This document shows positions 1 to 7,964 of a stretch of 24,000 nucleotides of DNA, one piece after another. This stretch comes from Candidatus Calditenuis fumarioli. GTDB lineage: Archaea > Thermoproteota > Nitrososphaeria_A > Caldarchaeales > Calditenuaceae. The stretch covers positions 687,106 through 711,105 of the forward strand of contig JANVYR010000001.1 of the NCBI GenBank assembly GCA_030059665.1, read 5' to 3'. Below the pieces are notes generated by a model, which saw nothing but the letters and a program-made list of their open reading frames with translations, was not told the DNA's origin and searched no databases. Every line of letters begins with the position of its first letter. The first letter of the stretch is position 1. A program made the translations under genes and the position numbers.

Positions 1-1017
1 TCGGGCCGCATCGTTCTGGAGGGCGATACCGAGGATGTGCTCAGCGAGGTCGACCTGCTCAGGAAACTCGGCCTGAATCCGCCGGAGCCGGCCGCGCTCC
101 TCCACGACCTCGGAGTCGATTCGAGGCCGCTTCCGATGACGGTCGAAGGTGCCCTCGAGAGGATGCCTCCCATCAGGAAGTACAGGGAGCCGGTGGACGG
201 GGAGAGGGCGGGCAGCGATCCGGTGGTTGAGGTGGACGACGTCTGGTTCGCCTACCCCGGCGGCGACTGGGCCCTGAGGGGCGTCAAGCTCACGGTCCAC
301 AGAGGCGAGATGGTCGGGCTGATAGGCCAGAACGGGAGCGGCAAGACCACGCTCGCGCAGACGATCATGGGGATCCTCAGGCCCGCGAGGGGCACCATAC
401 GCCTCTTCGGGGAGGACGCGACCTCGATGGAGCTGATGGAAAGGGCGAGGACCGTCGGTTACGTCTTCCAGAACCCCGACTACCAGATATTCACCAAGAG
501 CGTCTACGACGAGATAGCCTACGGCCTGAGGGCAAGGGGGATGCCCGAGGAGGAGGTGAGGAGGAGGGTGGAGGAAGTTGCGAGGATGGTGGGCCTCACG
601 GGGCTCCTCGAGGAGGACCCGTTCTTCCTGCCCAAGGCCCACAGGCAGAGGGTGGCGGTGGCCTCGGTCCTGGCACTGAACCCGAAGCTGGTGATCCTGG
701 ACGAGCCAAGCACCGGTCTCTCACCCGGCGAGACAAGGGCCATGATGGACCTCGCGAGGGACCTGAACAGCAAGGGGACAACGTTCGTCGTGATAACGCA
801 CGAGATGTGGGTCGTTGCGGAGTACTGCAACAGGGTGGTGCTGATGTCCGAGGGGAGGGTGGTGCTCGACGCTCCAACGAGGACCGCATTCGCAATGGGA
901 GACCTCATCAGGGGTTACGAGATCGAGCCTCCCGCGGTTGTGGAGATCTCTAAGCGGCTCTTCGGCACTCCCTTCCTCACGATCAAAGAGTTCGTCGAGT
1001 CGGTGGAGGTGGGCTGA
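1..1017 (+). CDS. ecfA: ECF/ABC transporter ATP-binding protein, 5'-truncated by the window edge. The visible part is the tail of one NBD, a linker and a complete second NBD (fused tandem EcfA/CbiO-type ATPase).
   Basis: Frame 1 is open from nt 1 (SGRIVLEGDTEDVL = typical end of an ABC NBD) and runs into a full NBD. Motifs: Walker A GQNGSGKTT, Q-loop FQNPDYQ, Walker B LVILDEPS, H-loop VITHEM. The stop overlaps the ATG of the next gene (TGATG). Confidence 0.85.
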   Translation, partial: SGRIVLEGDTEDVLSEVDLLRKLGLNPPEPAALLHDLGVDSRPLPMTVEGALERMPPIRKYREPVDGERAGSDPVVEVDDVWFAYPGGDWALRGVKLTVHRGEMVGLIGQNGSGKTTLAQTIMGILRPARGTIRLFGEDATSMELMERARTVGYVFQNPDYQIFTKSVYDEIAYGLRARGMPEEEVRRRVEEVARMVGLTGLLEEDPFFLPKAHRQRVAVASVLALNPKLVILDEPSTGLSPGETRAMMDLARDLNSKGTTFVVITHEMWVVAEYCNRVVLMSEGRVVLDAPTRTAFAMGDLIRGYEIEPPAVVEISKRLFGTPFLTIKEFVESVEVG

Positions 1018-1814
1018 TGCCGGAGTACGTCCTTTACGTCGATCGCAAATCATTCTTCCACGGCCTCGATCCCAGGTCGAAGCTTCTCTTCGTGGTGTGC
1101 GTCTTCATATGGTCCTCGGTCTTCAACCACCCGCTTTACACGGGCATCGTGCTGGCGGCCGTTCTGACGATGGTATTCGCGTCCGGTGTCGCTTCCAGAC
1201 TCAAGCTCTTCTGGTTCGGCCTCCTCTCGCTCGCCGTCATGAGCCTCGTCCTCTGGCCCCTCTTCAGGAGGGGAGGGAAGACGCCGTTCGTTGATGTGAT
1301 GGGCTTCGTGGTGACCCAGGAGTCGCTGCTGTACGCTCTTGCGGTTGCCTTCAGGCTTGTGGCGATGGTCCTCTCGGGACTTTTGCTGCTGACCACCACG
1401 AAGATCGAGGAGCTGGAGCTGGCCTTCACGAAGCTCGGCCTTCCCTTCCCCGTGGCCTTCGGCTTCTCAGCGGTCTTCAGGTTCATCCCGACGATGGTGG
1501 GAGACGGATTGACGGTCCTCGCAGCCCAGCAGTGCAGGGGCGTCAACGTGGCCAGAGGCAGCGTCTTCAGCCGCCTCAGGAACTCCGCGGCCATCATCGT
1601 TCCACTCTTCATCACCACGATGAGGAGGTTCAACGAGCTCCCCATGGCTATCGAGTCGAGGGGTTTCGTCCCTATGGGAAGGAGGACGTTCTTGCTTGAG
1701 CTGCGGTTCAGGAAGAGGGACGTTGCGTTCTCGTCCGTCGTGCTCTTCCTCGCGGTCCTGAGCGTTTACCTCCGCCTCAACGGATACGGAGCTATTTTCC
1801 CGGAGGTGATATGA
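1017..1814 (+). CDS. ecfT: ECF transporter transmembrane T component (CbiQ/EcfT family)
   Basis: 265-aa multi-pass hydrophobic protein directly coupled to the ATPase gene. EcfT-like C-terminal coupling region present (...PMAIESRGF...). Confidence 0.8.
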   Translation: MPEYVLYVDRKSFFHGLDPRSKLLFVVCVFIWSSVFNHPLYTGIVLAAVLTMVFASGVASRLKLFWFGLLSLAVMSLVLWPLFRRGGKTPFVDVMGFVVTQESLLYALAVAFRLVAMVLSGLLLLTTTKIEELELAFTKLGLPFPVAFGFSAVFRFIPTMVGDGLTVLAAQQCRGVNVARGSVFSRLRNSAAIIVPLFITTMRRFNELPMAIESRGFVPMGRRTFLLELRFRKRDVAFSSVVLFLAVLSVYLRLNGYGAIFPEVI

Positions 1815-1818
1815 AGTT

Positions 1819-2778
1819 ATGGTGAGGTGCAGGGCACTGTACTTCGATGGAACCTCGTTGAGGCTGATAGATGACCACGTGGTGGAGCGCGGCAATGAGG
1901 TGCTGGTGCGCGTGAGGTACGCAGGCATCTGCGGAACTGATCTCCAGATCCTGCGGGGCTACGCTGGCTTCAGGGGCGTTCCGGGGCACGAGTTCGTCGG
2001 GGTGGTTAAGGAGGCAGACGACCCGAACCTCATCGGGAGGAGGGTTGTCGGTGAGATCAACGTGGCGTGCGGGAAATGCGACATGTGCTCGATCGGCCTG
2101 AGGAGGCACTGCCGCAATAGGACTGTCCTCGGCATCGCAGGACGTCACGGTTCCTTCTCCGAGTACCTGAAGCTTCCTCCAGAGAACCTGCACCCAGTAC
2201 CGGACGGTGTGACCGATGAGGAGGCGGTCTTCGTCGAGCCCCTGGCAGCGGCCCTCGAGATCTCCGAGCAGCTTCACATCGAGCCGACGTTCAGGGCAGC
2301 GGTCGTGGGCGACGGCAGGCTAGCTAACCTGATCGCGCAGGTTCTCAGGTACCGCGTTCAGGAGCTCAGGGTCTTCGGTAGACACGAGAGGAAGCTCCGC
2401 CTTCTGGAGGAGCTGGGGATCGAGGTCGCCCTCTCGGTCTCGGAGGAGGACAGGGCCAAGTACGACCTGGTAGTCGAGGCAACCGGGAGGGACTCGGGGC
2501 TGAAGACCGCCATCGAGCTCGTCAGGCCCCGGGGGACCGTAGTCCTCAAGTCCACCATCGCAGGCGAGTACAGGATAGATCTGGCACCGGTCGTGGTCAA
2601 CGAGATAAGGCTGGTCGGATCGAGGTGCGGCCAGTTCCCTCCGGCCATCACTGCGCTAAGGCAGAAGCTCGTCGACGTCAGGAGGCTGATCGACGGGATC
2701 TACCCGCTCGAGTCGTACCTCGAGGCCTTCGAGGCCGCCTCCTCACCCGGGACGATGAAGGTGCTCCTGAAACCCTGA
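1819..2778 (+). CDS. Zn-dependent alcohol/threonine dehydrogenase family (MDR) oxidoreductase
   Basis: Catalytic-zinc motif GHEFVGVV; structural-zinc cysteine cluster CGKCDMCSIGLRRHC; Rossmann VVGDGRLA. GGAGGTGAT Shine-Dalgarno-like sequence about 8 nt upstream of the ATG. Confidence 0.8.
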   Translation: MVRCRALYFDGTSLRLIDDHVVERGNEVLVRVRYAGICGTDLQILRGYAGFRGVPGHEFVGVVKEADDPNLIGRRVVGEINVACGKCDMCSIGLRRHCRNRTVLGIAGRHGSFSEYLKLPPENLHPVPDGVTDEEAVFVEPLAAALEISEQLHIEPTFRAAVVGDGRLANLIAQVLRYRVQELRVFGRHERKLRLLEELGIEVALSVSEEDRAKYDLVVEATGRDSGLKTAIELVRPRGTVVLKSTIAGEYRIDLAPVVVNEIRLVGSRCGQFPPAITALRQKLVDVRRLIDGIYPLESYLEAFEAASSPGTMKVLLKP

Positions 2779-2793
2779 AGGGGTTAGAGACCG

Positions 2794-3969
2794 CTAATCG
2801 ATCGAGTAGATCGTGACGTAGGCGTAGTGCCCGGTACCTCCGACGTTGTGGGTCAGCGCCACGCCGTTCCGTATGTCGGCCTGTCTCCCGTTCTCCGCAC
2901 GCCTCGTCAGCTGCTTGACGGCCTCCACCGCCATCCCCACCCCGGTCGCGCCGATCGGGTGGCCCTTCGCCTTGAGGCCGCCGTCGAGGTTGACCGGTAT
3001 CAGGCCGCCGATGTAGGTCTGGTCCTCGCGGAGGAGCATGTAGCCCTCTCCCCTCCGGGCGAATCCCAGGTCCTCGTACGCCAGGATCTCCGCTATCGAG
3101 AAGCAGTCGTGGACGGTCGCCACGTCTATCTGCTTGTAGGGCCGGTCGTGGTCTATCCCCGCCTTCTTGTATGCGGCCCTCGCGGCCCTGTAGGCCGCCT
3201 CGAGCCCGAGGAAGTCGGGCCTCTTGGAGAGGTTGGCGGTTCCGCTGGCGTGGCCGATGGCCCTTATCCACACGGGAGAGTCGGTCAGCTTCCTCGCAAC
3301 TTCCTCTGACGCGAGGACCACAGCGGCCGCTCCGTCGGTGATCGGCGAGCACTCAAGAAGCTTCAGGGGCCATGCGATGTACCGGGAAGAGAGCACCTCC
3401 TCCAGCGTGACCTTGCGCTGGAACTGCGCCTTCGGGTTGAGCGAGCCGTAATAATGGTTCTTCACGGCAACGCGGGCTATGTCCTCCTCGGTGGCTCCGT
3501 AGGCGTCCATGTAGGCGGTGGCGTAGAGCGCGTAGTAGCCCGGGAAGGTGAGGCCGAAGTTCTCGAACTCCCAGAAGTAGTTCCCCGCACGGCCGATCAG
3601 CTCCACCACGTTCGGCGTAGGAGACTCGTTCATCCGCTCAACGCCCAAAGCCATCGCGATGTCGGCGGCGCCGGAGGCGACTGCGTCGTGGGCGATCTTG
3701 ATGGCGGCGCTCCCGGAGGCACAGGCGGCCTCCACCCTGAGCAGACCCGGTGAGTCGAGACCGAGGTACTCCGAGACGACAACGGCCGGTAGGGACTCGG
3801 AGCTCCAACCCGCCACGTTTCCGACCGCGACGAACTGGACCTCACCGGGCTCCACGCCAGCGTCCCTGAGCGCCTCCCTTCCTGCCTCGAAGGCCAGCTC
3901 CTGCAGGGTCCTGTCGGAGGCCCTTCCGAACCTCGTAATTCCAATGCCTACAACAGCAACCCTCCTCAA
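2794..3969 (-). CDS. Thiolase-domain protein (archaeal acetyl-CoA C-acetyltransferase / SCP-x type)
   Basis: 391 aa. Nucleophile region VEAACASGSAA; C-terminal thiolase motifs GGLKAKGHPIGATG and HNVGGTG. TTG start. Confidence 0.8.
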   Translation of the reverse strand: MRRVAVVGIGITRFGRASDRTLQELAFEAGREALRDAGVEPGEVQFVAVGNVAGWSSESLPAVVVSEYLGLDSPGLLRVEAACASGSAAIKIAHDAVASGAADIAMALGVERMNESPTPNVVELIGRAGNYFWEFENFGLTFPGYYALYATAYMDAYGATEEDIARVAVKNHYYGSLNPKAQFQRKVTLEEVLSSRYIAWPLKLLECSPITDGAAAVVLASEEVARKLTDSPVWIRAIGHASGTANLSKRPDFLGLEAAYRAARAAYKKAGIDHDRPYKQIDVATVHDCFSIAEILAYEDLGFARRGEGYMLLREDQTYIGGLIPVNLDGGLKAKGHPIGATGVGMAVEAVKQLTRRAENGRQADIRNGVALTHNVGGTGHYAYVTIYSID

Positions 3970-4011
3970 TACCGTTCAATAAACCACCGTTAGGCAATCT
4001 GATAAGTCTTA

Positions 4012-4758
4012 GTGGACGGCACCGGACCGGTGGGAAAGGGTTACGTGATCGCCGGTCAGCGGAGGGCGGGGTTGCTCGGCTGCGCGGTCTTCGACCTGGA
4101 CGGAACGCTGGTGGAGTTCCCACACGAGTGGATCAGGAGGGCGAAGGCGTGCACCGTCGAGAAGCTGATCGACGCGGGCTTCAAGGTCCCGGATGTTCCT
4201 CTGACGAGGCCCCTCTCCGAGATAATGGGGAGGATGGTCAGCCTCAACGGGCCCGATTCTGAGGATGAGATCTACCGGATCGTGGACTCCACGTTCAGGG
4301 AGTTCGAGCTCAGGGCTGCGATGGAGGCCAGGGTCAGGGAGGGAGCTGCGGAGCTGCTGGAGTCGGTGAGGCGGGAGGCCCGAGTCGCGGTGGCCACCAA
4401 CAACTCGAGGGAGGCTGCGTTGAGGTCGCTCCAGGTCGCTGGCCTCAGCGGGTACGTGAGCGTGGTGGTCTCAAGGGACGAGGTGGATCGGATGAAGCCG
4501 GACCCCCAGATGGTCATCAAGGCCGTGAGGGAGTGCAGGTCTCCCCTGAACGGTGCTGTTCACGTGGGTGACTCGTACGTCGACGTCGTCGCCGCGCGGA
4601 GCACCGGCGTCCTCTCCATCGCGGTGCTGGGCGGCGTTTCGAACCTCGAGGAGCTGGTGAGACACAGGCCCCACATAATCGCGAGGGACCTGAACGAGGT
4701 GAGAATGACGCTGGAGTCGATGATGCTGGGCAGACGCCCACTGGTCCGAAGCGGTTGA
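4012..4758 (+). CDS. HAD-superfamily hydrolase (phosphoglycolate-phosphatase-like, subfamily IA)
   Basis: Motif I FDLDGTLV; motif II VAVATNNS; motif IV VGDSYVDV. The start is uncertain: GTG 4012, or in-frame GTG 4030, which sits about 27 nt after an A/T-rich box. Confidence 0.75.
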   Translation: MDGTGPVGKGYVIAGQRRAGLLGCAVFDLDGTLVEFPHEWIRRAKACTVEKLIDAGFKVPDVPLTRPLSEIMGRMVSLNGPDSEDEIYRIVDSTFREFELRAAMEARVREGAAELLESVRREARVAVATNNSREAALRSLQVAGLSGYVSVVVSRDEVDRMKPDPQMVIKAVRECRSPLNGAVHVGDSYVDVVAARSTGVLSIAVLGGVSNLEELVRHRPHIIARDLNEVRMTLESMMLGRRPLVRSG

Positions 4759-4766
4759 GACGGATG

Positions 4767-4778
4767 ACACTTATTGCC
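4767..4778 (+). promoter_or_regulatory. TATA-like box (ACACTTATTGCC) for the 4800-6036 gene pair
   Basis: Centre is 27 nt upstream of GTG 4800. Confidence 0.4.
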
Positions 4779-4799
4779 TCCTATTGAGAGGTCGTCTCG

Positions 4800-5582
4800 G
4801 TGCGCAGGTCGAGGTACGTCGCACCTCCGCTGCTCGCGCTGGCGCTGCTACTGCTCTTCCTGCTGATGCCCATGCGGGAGGCCGGATCAGGCCAGCTCCT
4901 CGAGATCGAGCAGCTCATCTCCGTCCCGGGAACGGGCGAACCGAACAGGGTGACCGTCAGGGTGGTCGTCCTCCACTCGGTCGACTGGGGGCCTCCGAGG
5001 AGGGCGAGGTTCGCTGAGGCGGTGGTGATGGTGGGGAGCGAGGTCCGGAGGGTCTCCTTCAACGGCGAGGCGGTCTTCCAGGTCCGGGTTGGGAACCACA
5101 CCGTCTCGGTTTACTGGGCCGACGGCCGGTTCCCCGCCTTCAGGACCAGCGTCCAGGTCCAGCAGGACACCGAGGTGACCGTCCAGTTCACAGAGCTGAG
5201 GGTCAGACCCCAGGCCATCGAGGTGGTGGCCGATCGGCAGATGGGGAGGAGCCTCGTGACGGTAACGGCAGTGGCCCCCGTGAGCGGTGACTTCTACGTC
5301 GCAACGCCCGTGATAAGGTACGTCGATTGGGAGGGCGAGGTGCTGGTACACCCGTTCATGACCAGGGCCGATCTGGTCTCGGTCATGCCCTACTCACTTG
5401 ACCGGTCGAGGCTTGCGGCCAGCGCTGATGAGGAGACGGGCCTCGGGGACGCCGCCATCGACGCCCAATCCAACGTCATCAGGATCGAGACCACGGTTCA
5501 GGACGTTATCGCTGCGGTGCTGGAGGGGAGCTACGTCCCGGTCCTGGTGATGAACCACACGGTGAGGGCCGTTGCTCGCTGA
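4800..5582 (+). CDS. Hypothetical N-terminally membrane-anchored/secreted beta-rich protein
   Basis: N-terminal RRSR + LLALALLLLFLLM signal/anchor. The remainder is beta-strand-like, with a segment resembling carboxypeptidase-regulatory/PEGA folds (VSFNGEAVFQVRVGNHTVSVYW...TEVTVQF). GTG start 27 nt downstream of the box ACACTTATTGCC. Confidence 0.6.
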   Translation: MRRSRYVAPPLLALALLLLFLLMPMREAGSGQLLEIEQLISVPGTGEPNRVTVRVVVLHSVDWGPPRRARFAEAVVMVGSEVRRVSFNGEAVFQVRVGNHTVSVYWADGRFPAFRTSVQVQQDTEVTVQFTELRVRPQAIEVVADRQMGRSLVTVTAVAPVSGDFYVATPVIRYVDWEGEVLVHPFMTRADLVSVMPYSLDRSRLAASADEETGLGDAAIDAQSNVIRIETTVQDVIAAVLEGSYVPVLVMNHTVRAVAR

Positions 5583-6036
5583 GGAGCTCCTTTACAGCCC
5601 TCTCTTCCTCATTGCGGTCAACGCCGCTCTTGCGGCCGGAATAGTGCTGGCGGTCAGGCGCTTGAGGTCGGCTGCGAACCAGCAGGTCGAGCAGGTCCGG
5701 GATCCGCACGAGAGGCTGAGGTCCGCGATCCGTGCGGAGGTCAGGGACCCCTCAGAGTACGTGATCGGTGTGGGTAGGGCGCTGATGGGAGAGCTCCTCG
5801 AAATCCGTGAGCTCGGGCTGAGCAGGTCCAGCACCTTCAGGGAGGCCCTCGACGCGCTGGCCTCACACCTCGGTCAACTGGACGGTCTCGATGAGTTCGC
5901 GATGACCTTCGAGAGGGTCAGGTACGGAGGCGAGGTGCCGAGCGGGGAGGAGCTGGAGAGGTACAGGGCTACTGCGCTGGCGATCCTCGAGGCCCTCGAT
6001 CGAAGAGCTCCGATGAGACCCTCCAGAGCTCGTTGA
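5572..6036 (+). CDS. Small membrane protein with DUF4129-like C-terminal domain
   Basis: N-terminal TM helix (PLFLIAVNAALAAGIVLAV). The C-terminus matches my recollection of the DUF4129 consensus (SSTFREAL...FERVRYGGEVPSGEELERYR). TTG start overlaps the upstream stop by 11 nt. Confidence 0.5.
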   Translation: MLAEELLYSPLFLIAVNAALAAGIVLAVRRLRSAANQQVEQVRDPHERLRSAIRAEVRDPSEYVIGVGRALMGELLEIRELGLSRSSTFREALDALASHLGQLDGLDEFAMTFERVRYGGEVPSGEELERYRATALAILEALDRRAPMRPSRAR

Positions 6037-6955
6037 TGGCCCTCCTCGGATACGGTCCAAGGGGGCCGCCGAAGACGATCCCGTCTAGGAATCGGACCGG
6101 AAGCTCCGAGAGGGACCTCCTTACGTCAGCGGCGTTACCTGATACCGAGAGGGCGAGGGCCAGGTCGTCCGGCAGGACCTCGTGGATCCTCAGCCAGTCC
6201 CCTTTCGAGACCGCGTCGCTGAGCCTCGTCAGGAGGCCCTCTTCAACGCCCAACCGCTCACGCCAGGTTTGTGGCATGCCGAGCAGGACCACGGCCACGT
6301 ACGGCTTCACGGTCTTGACCGCCTTGGCCCTCTCCTCATGTAGCGAAGTCAGCACCTCCGCCTCCACCGCGAAGCCTTCCCTACCCGCCGAGGTCGCGGC
6401 GTCACGGGCCCTCCTCGCCGACTCCTCGAGGAACGGAAGGTTGGCCGAGTTGATCAGGACACCGTCACCGACCTTACCCGCGAGCTCCAGCATCCGCTTC
6501 CCCTGAGCGGCCAAGTAGATCGGAACGGTGCCGCGCGGCCTGAAGTCGAGCCTCAGGTGGCCCTCAGTCCTCGAGCCCGTGAGGAGCGTCCTGACCGTCA
6601 CCACAGCCTCCTCCACCCTCCTCAAGGGATCGACCCAGCCGAGGCCCATCGCTTTGAGCGAGACAGGGTCTCCGGCCCCTATCGAGAGCGCCACGCGGCC
6701 CGGAGCGAGTTCCGTCAGGCTCGCGGCGAACTGCGCCATCAGCGCAGGACTGAAGGCGTAGGGGTTGAGCACGCCCATCCCGATTCGCAGAACCCTGGTC
6801 CTCAGCGCGAGGTAGGTCGCGGCCACGACGGAGGACCTGTTGAAGTGGTGCTCGCTGAGCCAGACGGCGTCGTAACCGAGGCGCTCCGCGGTGACCGCGT
6901 AGACCCTCATCCTCCAGAACGGGTCCTTCGGAACCAGCTCGATCGAGAGCCTCAA
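5969..6955 (-). CDS. Luciferase-like monooxygenase (LLM) family oxidoreductase, probably F420- or flavin-dependent (Mer-like architecture)
   Basis: 328 aa. MRLSIELVP...GYDAVWLSEHHF...LNPY...LSIGAGD... is typical of the LLM TIM-barrel family. TTG start overlaps the stop of the upstream small ORF (TTGA). Confidence 0.75.
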   Translation of the reverse strand: MRLSIELVPKDPFWRMRVYAVTAERLGYDAVWLSEHHFNRSSVVAATYLALRTRVLRIGMGVLNPYAFSPALMAQFAASLTELAPGRVALSIGAGDPVSLKAMGLGWVDPLRRVEEAVVTVRTLLTGSRTEGHLRLDFRPRGTVPIYLAAQGKRMLELAGKVGDGVLINSANLPFLEESARRARDAATSAGREGFAVEAEVLTSLHEERAKAVKTVKPYVAVVLLGMPQTWRERLGVEEGLLTRLSDAVSKGDWLRIHEVLPDDLALALSVSGNAADVRRSLSELPVRFLDGIVFGGPLGPYPRRAINELWRVSSELFDRGPRGSPAQ

Positions 6956-7209
6956 ACCTCCAGCCCTCGCCTCCTCAGGACTTCCCTGAACTTCTCGGGC
7001 TCCGTCCTCATCGCGAGCTCGCAGAGGAACTTGAACCCATCAGCGTCGTGGAGGGCCCCTCTCTCGTAGAGGTCGGCGAGCCTCTCTCCCTCTCCCGGAT
7101 CGATCAGGTGATGGTTGTAGGTCGTCAGCGCAACGTCCAGGAGGTCCTCGACCAGCTCCCCGAAGTCAGACCTTCCCCTTACGGCCTCGTAGAGCCCGAT
7201 CGGGTCCAT
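6952..7209 (-). CDS. Hypothetical small acidic protein (85 aa from ATG 7209; 87 aa if TTG 7215)
   Basis: ORF with coding-like composition, translationally coupled (TTGA) to the LLM gene. ATG 7209 lies 27 nt from the TATA box at 7232-7239. I recognise no family. Confidence 0.45.
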   Translation of the reverse strand: MDPIGLYEAVRGRSDFGELVEDLLDVALTTYNHHLIDPGEGERLADLYERGALHDADGFKFLCELAMRTEPEKFREVLRRRGLEV

Positions 7210-7231
7210 CCTCAATCATCTGAACCGATGC

Positions 7232-7239
7232 AATATTTA
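7232..7239. promoter_or_regulatory. Near-palindromic TATA box AATATTTA shared by divergent genes
   Basis: Centre about 7236. ATG 7209 (- strand) and GTG 7263 (+ strand) both lie 27 nt away. Confidence 0.5.
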
Positions 7240-7262
7240 GGGGACCGGTTGCGATGTCGCGT

Positions 7263-7964
7263 GTGGCCTTCGTCAGCAGCAGGGCCAGAGTATTGGGAAG
7301 GGTTCTTCCTGGGGCGGTGATCCTCGGACCGACGGTGGTCGGAGAGCGGAGCCTCATCGACTCCTTCGCGACGCTCGGGTATCCCAAGAGGTCGAAGCTG
7401 CTCGAGCTGAGGGAGGGGAGGCTGGAGGAGCTGGACGCGGTCAGCAACGGTTGCTCCGTCGGTTCGTGGTGCCTGATCAGGAGGGGATGCGTGGTCTACG
7501 AGGACGTCACGCTGATGGACGGCACAGAGCTCGGGCACAACGTCCTCATCCGCTCGGGGAGCGTCGTGGGCCGGAACACCAGGATAGGGACCGGGACGCA
7601 GCTGGACGGAGAGGTGGTCGTCGGCGACGGCTGCTCGATACAGTCCAACGTCTACCTTCCCCACCTGACCCGGGTCGGATCGAACGTCTTCATAGGACCG
7701 GGGGCGTCCGTGATGAACGACAGGTACCCGCCCAGCGACAGGCTCGAGGGCGTCGAGATAGGTGACGGAGCGGTGATAGGTTCGGGAGCGCTGCTGGTGG
7801 CCGGCATCAGGATCGGGAGAGGTGCGGTGGTGGCCGCTGGGGCCGTCGTCACCCGGGACGTACCCGATGAGGCGGTGGTAGTCGGGGTTCCGGCGCGGGT
7901 CGTGGGAACCAGGTCCGAGTACGACCTGAAGCGCCTCGGCGTGATCAGGCGTCCTCGAGGATGA
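7263..7964 (+). CDS. Left-handed beta-helix (hexapeptide-repeat) acyl/acetyltransferase
   Basis: Long run of imperfect hexapeptide repeats (IRSGSVVGRNTRIGTGTQLDGEVVVGDGCSIQSNV ... IGDGAVIGSGALLVAGIRIGRGAVVAAGAVV). The ORF opens at ATG 7254, but GTG 7263 has the -27 spacing to the TATA box. Confidence 0.75.
   Translation: MAFVSSRARVLGRVLPGAVILGPTVVGERSLIDSFATLGYPKRSKLLELREGRLEELDAVSNGCSVGSWCLIRRGCVVYEDVTLMDGTELGHNVLIRSGSVVGRNTRIGTGTQLDGEVVVGDGCSIQSNVYLPHLTRVGSNVFIGPGASVMNDRYPPSDRLEGVEIGDGAVIGSGALLVAGIRIGRGAVVAAGAVVTRDVPDEAVVVGVPARVVGTRSEYDLKRLGVIRRPRG

Noticed and set aside
2678-3352. 224-aa - strand ORF overlapping the thiolase gene in another frame
   Set aside because: Extremely Arg/Gly/Pro/Asp-rich with no motifs. 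The thiolase frame is conserved end to end.
5548-5582. Possible C/D-box sRNA (GTGATGA ... CTGA)
   Set aside because: The box-like strings are only about 30 nt apart, lack C'/D' boxes and terminal pairing, and lie inside a coding region. Most likely chance.
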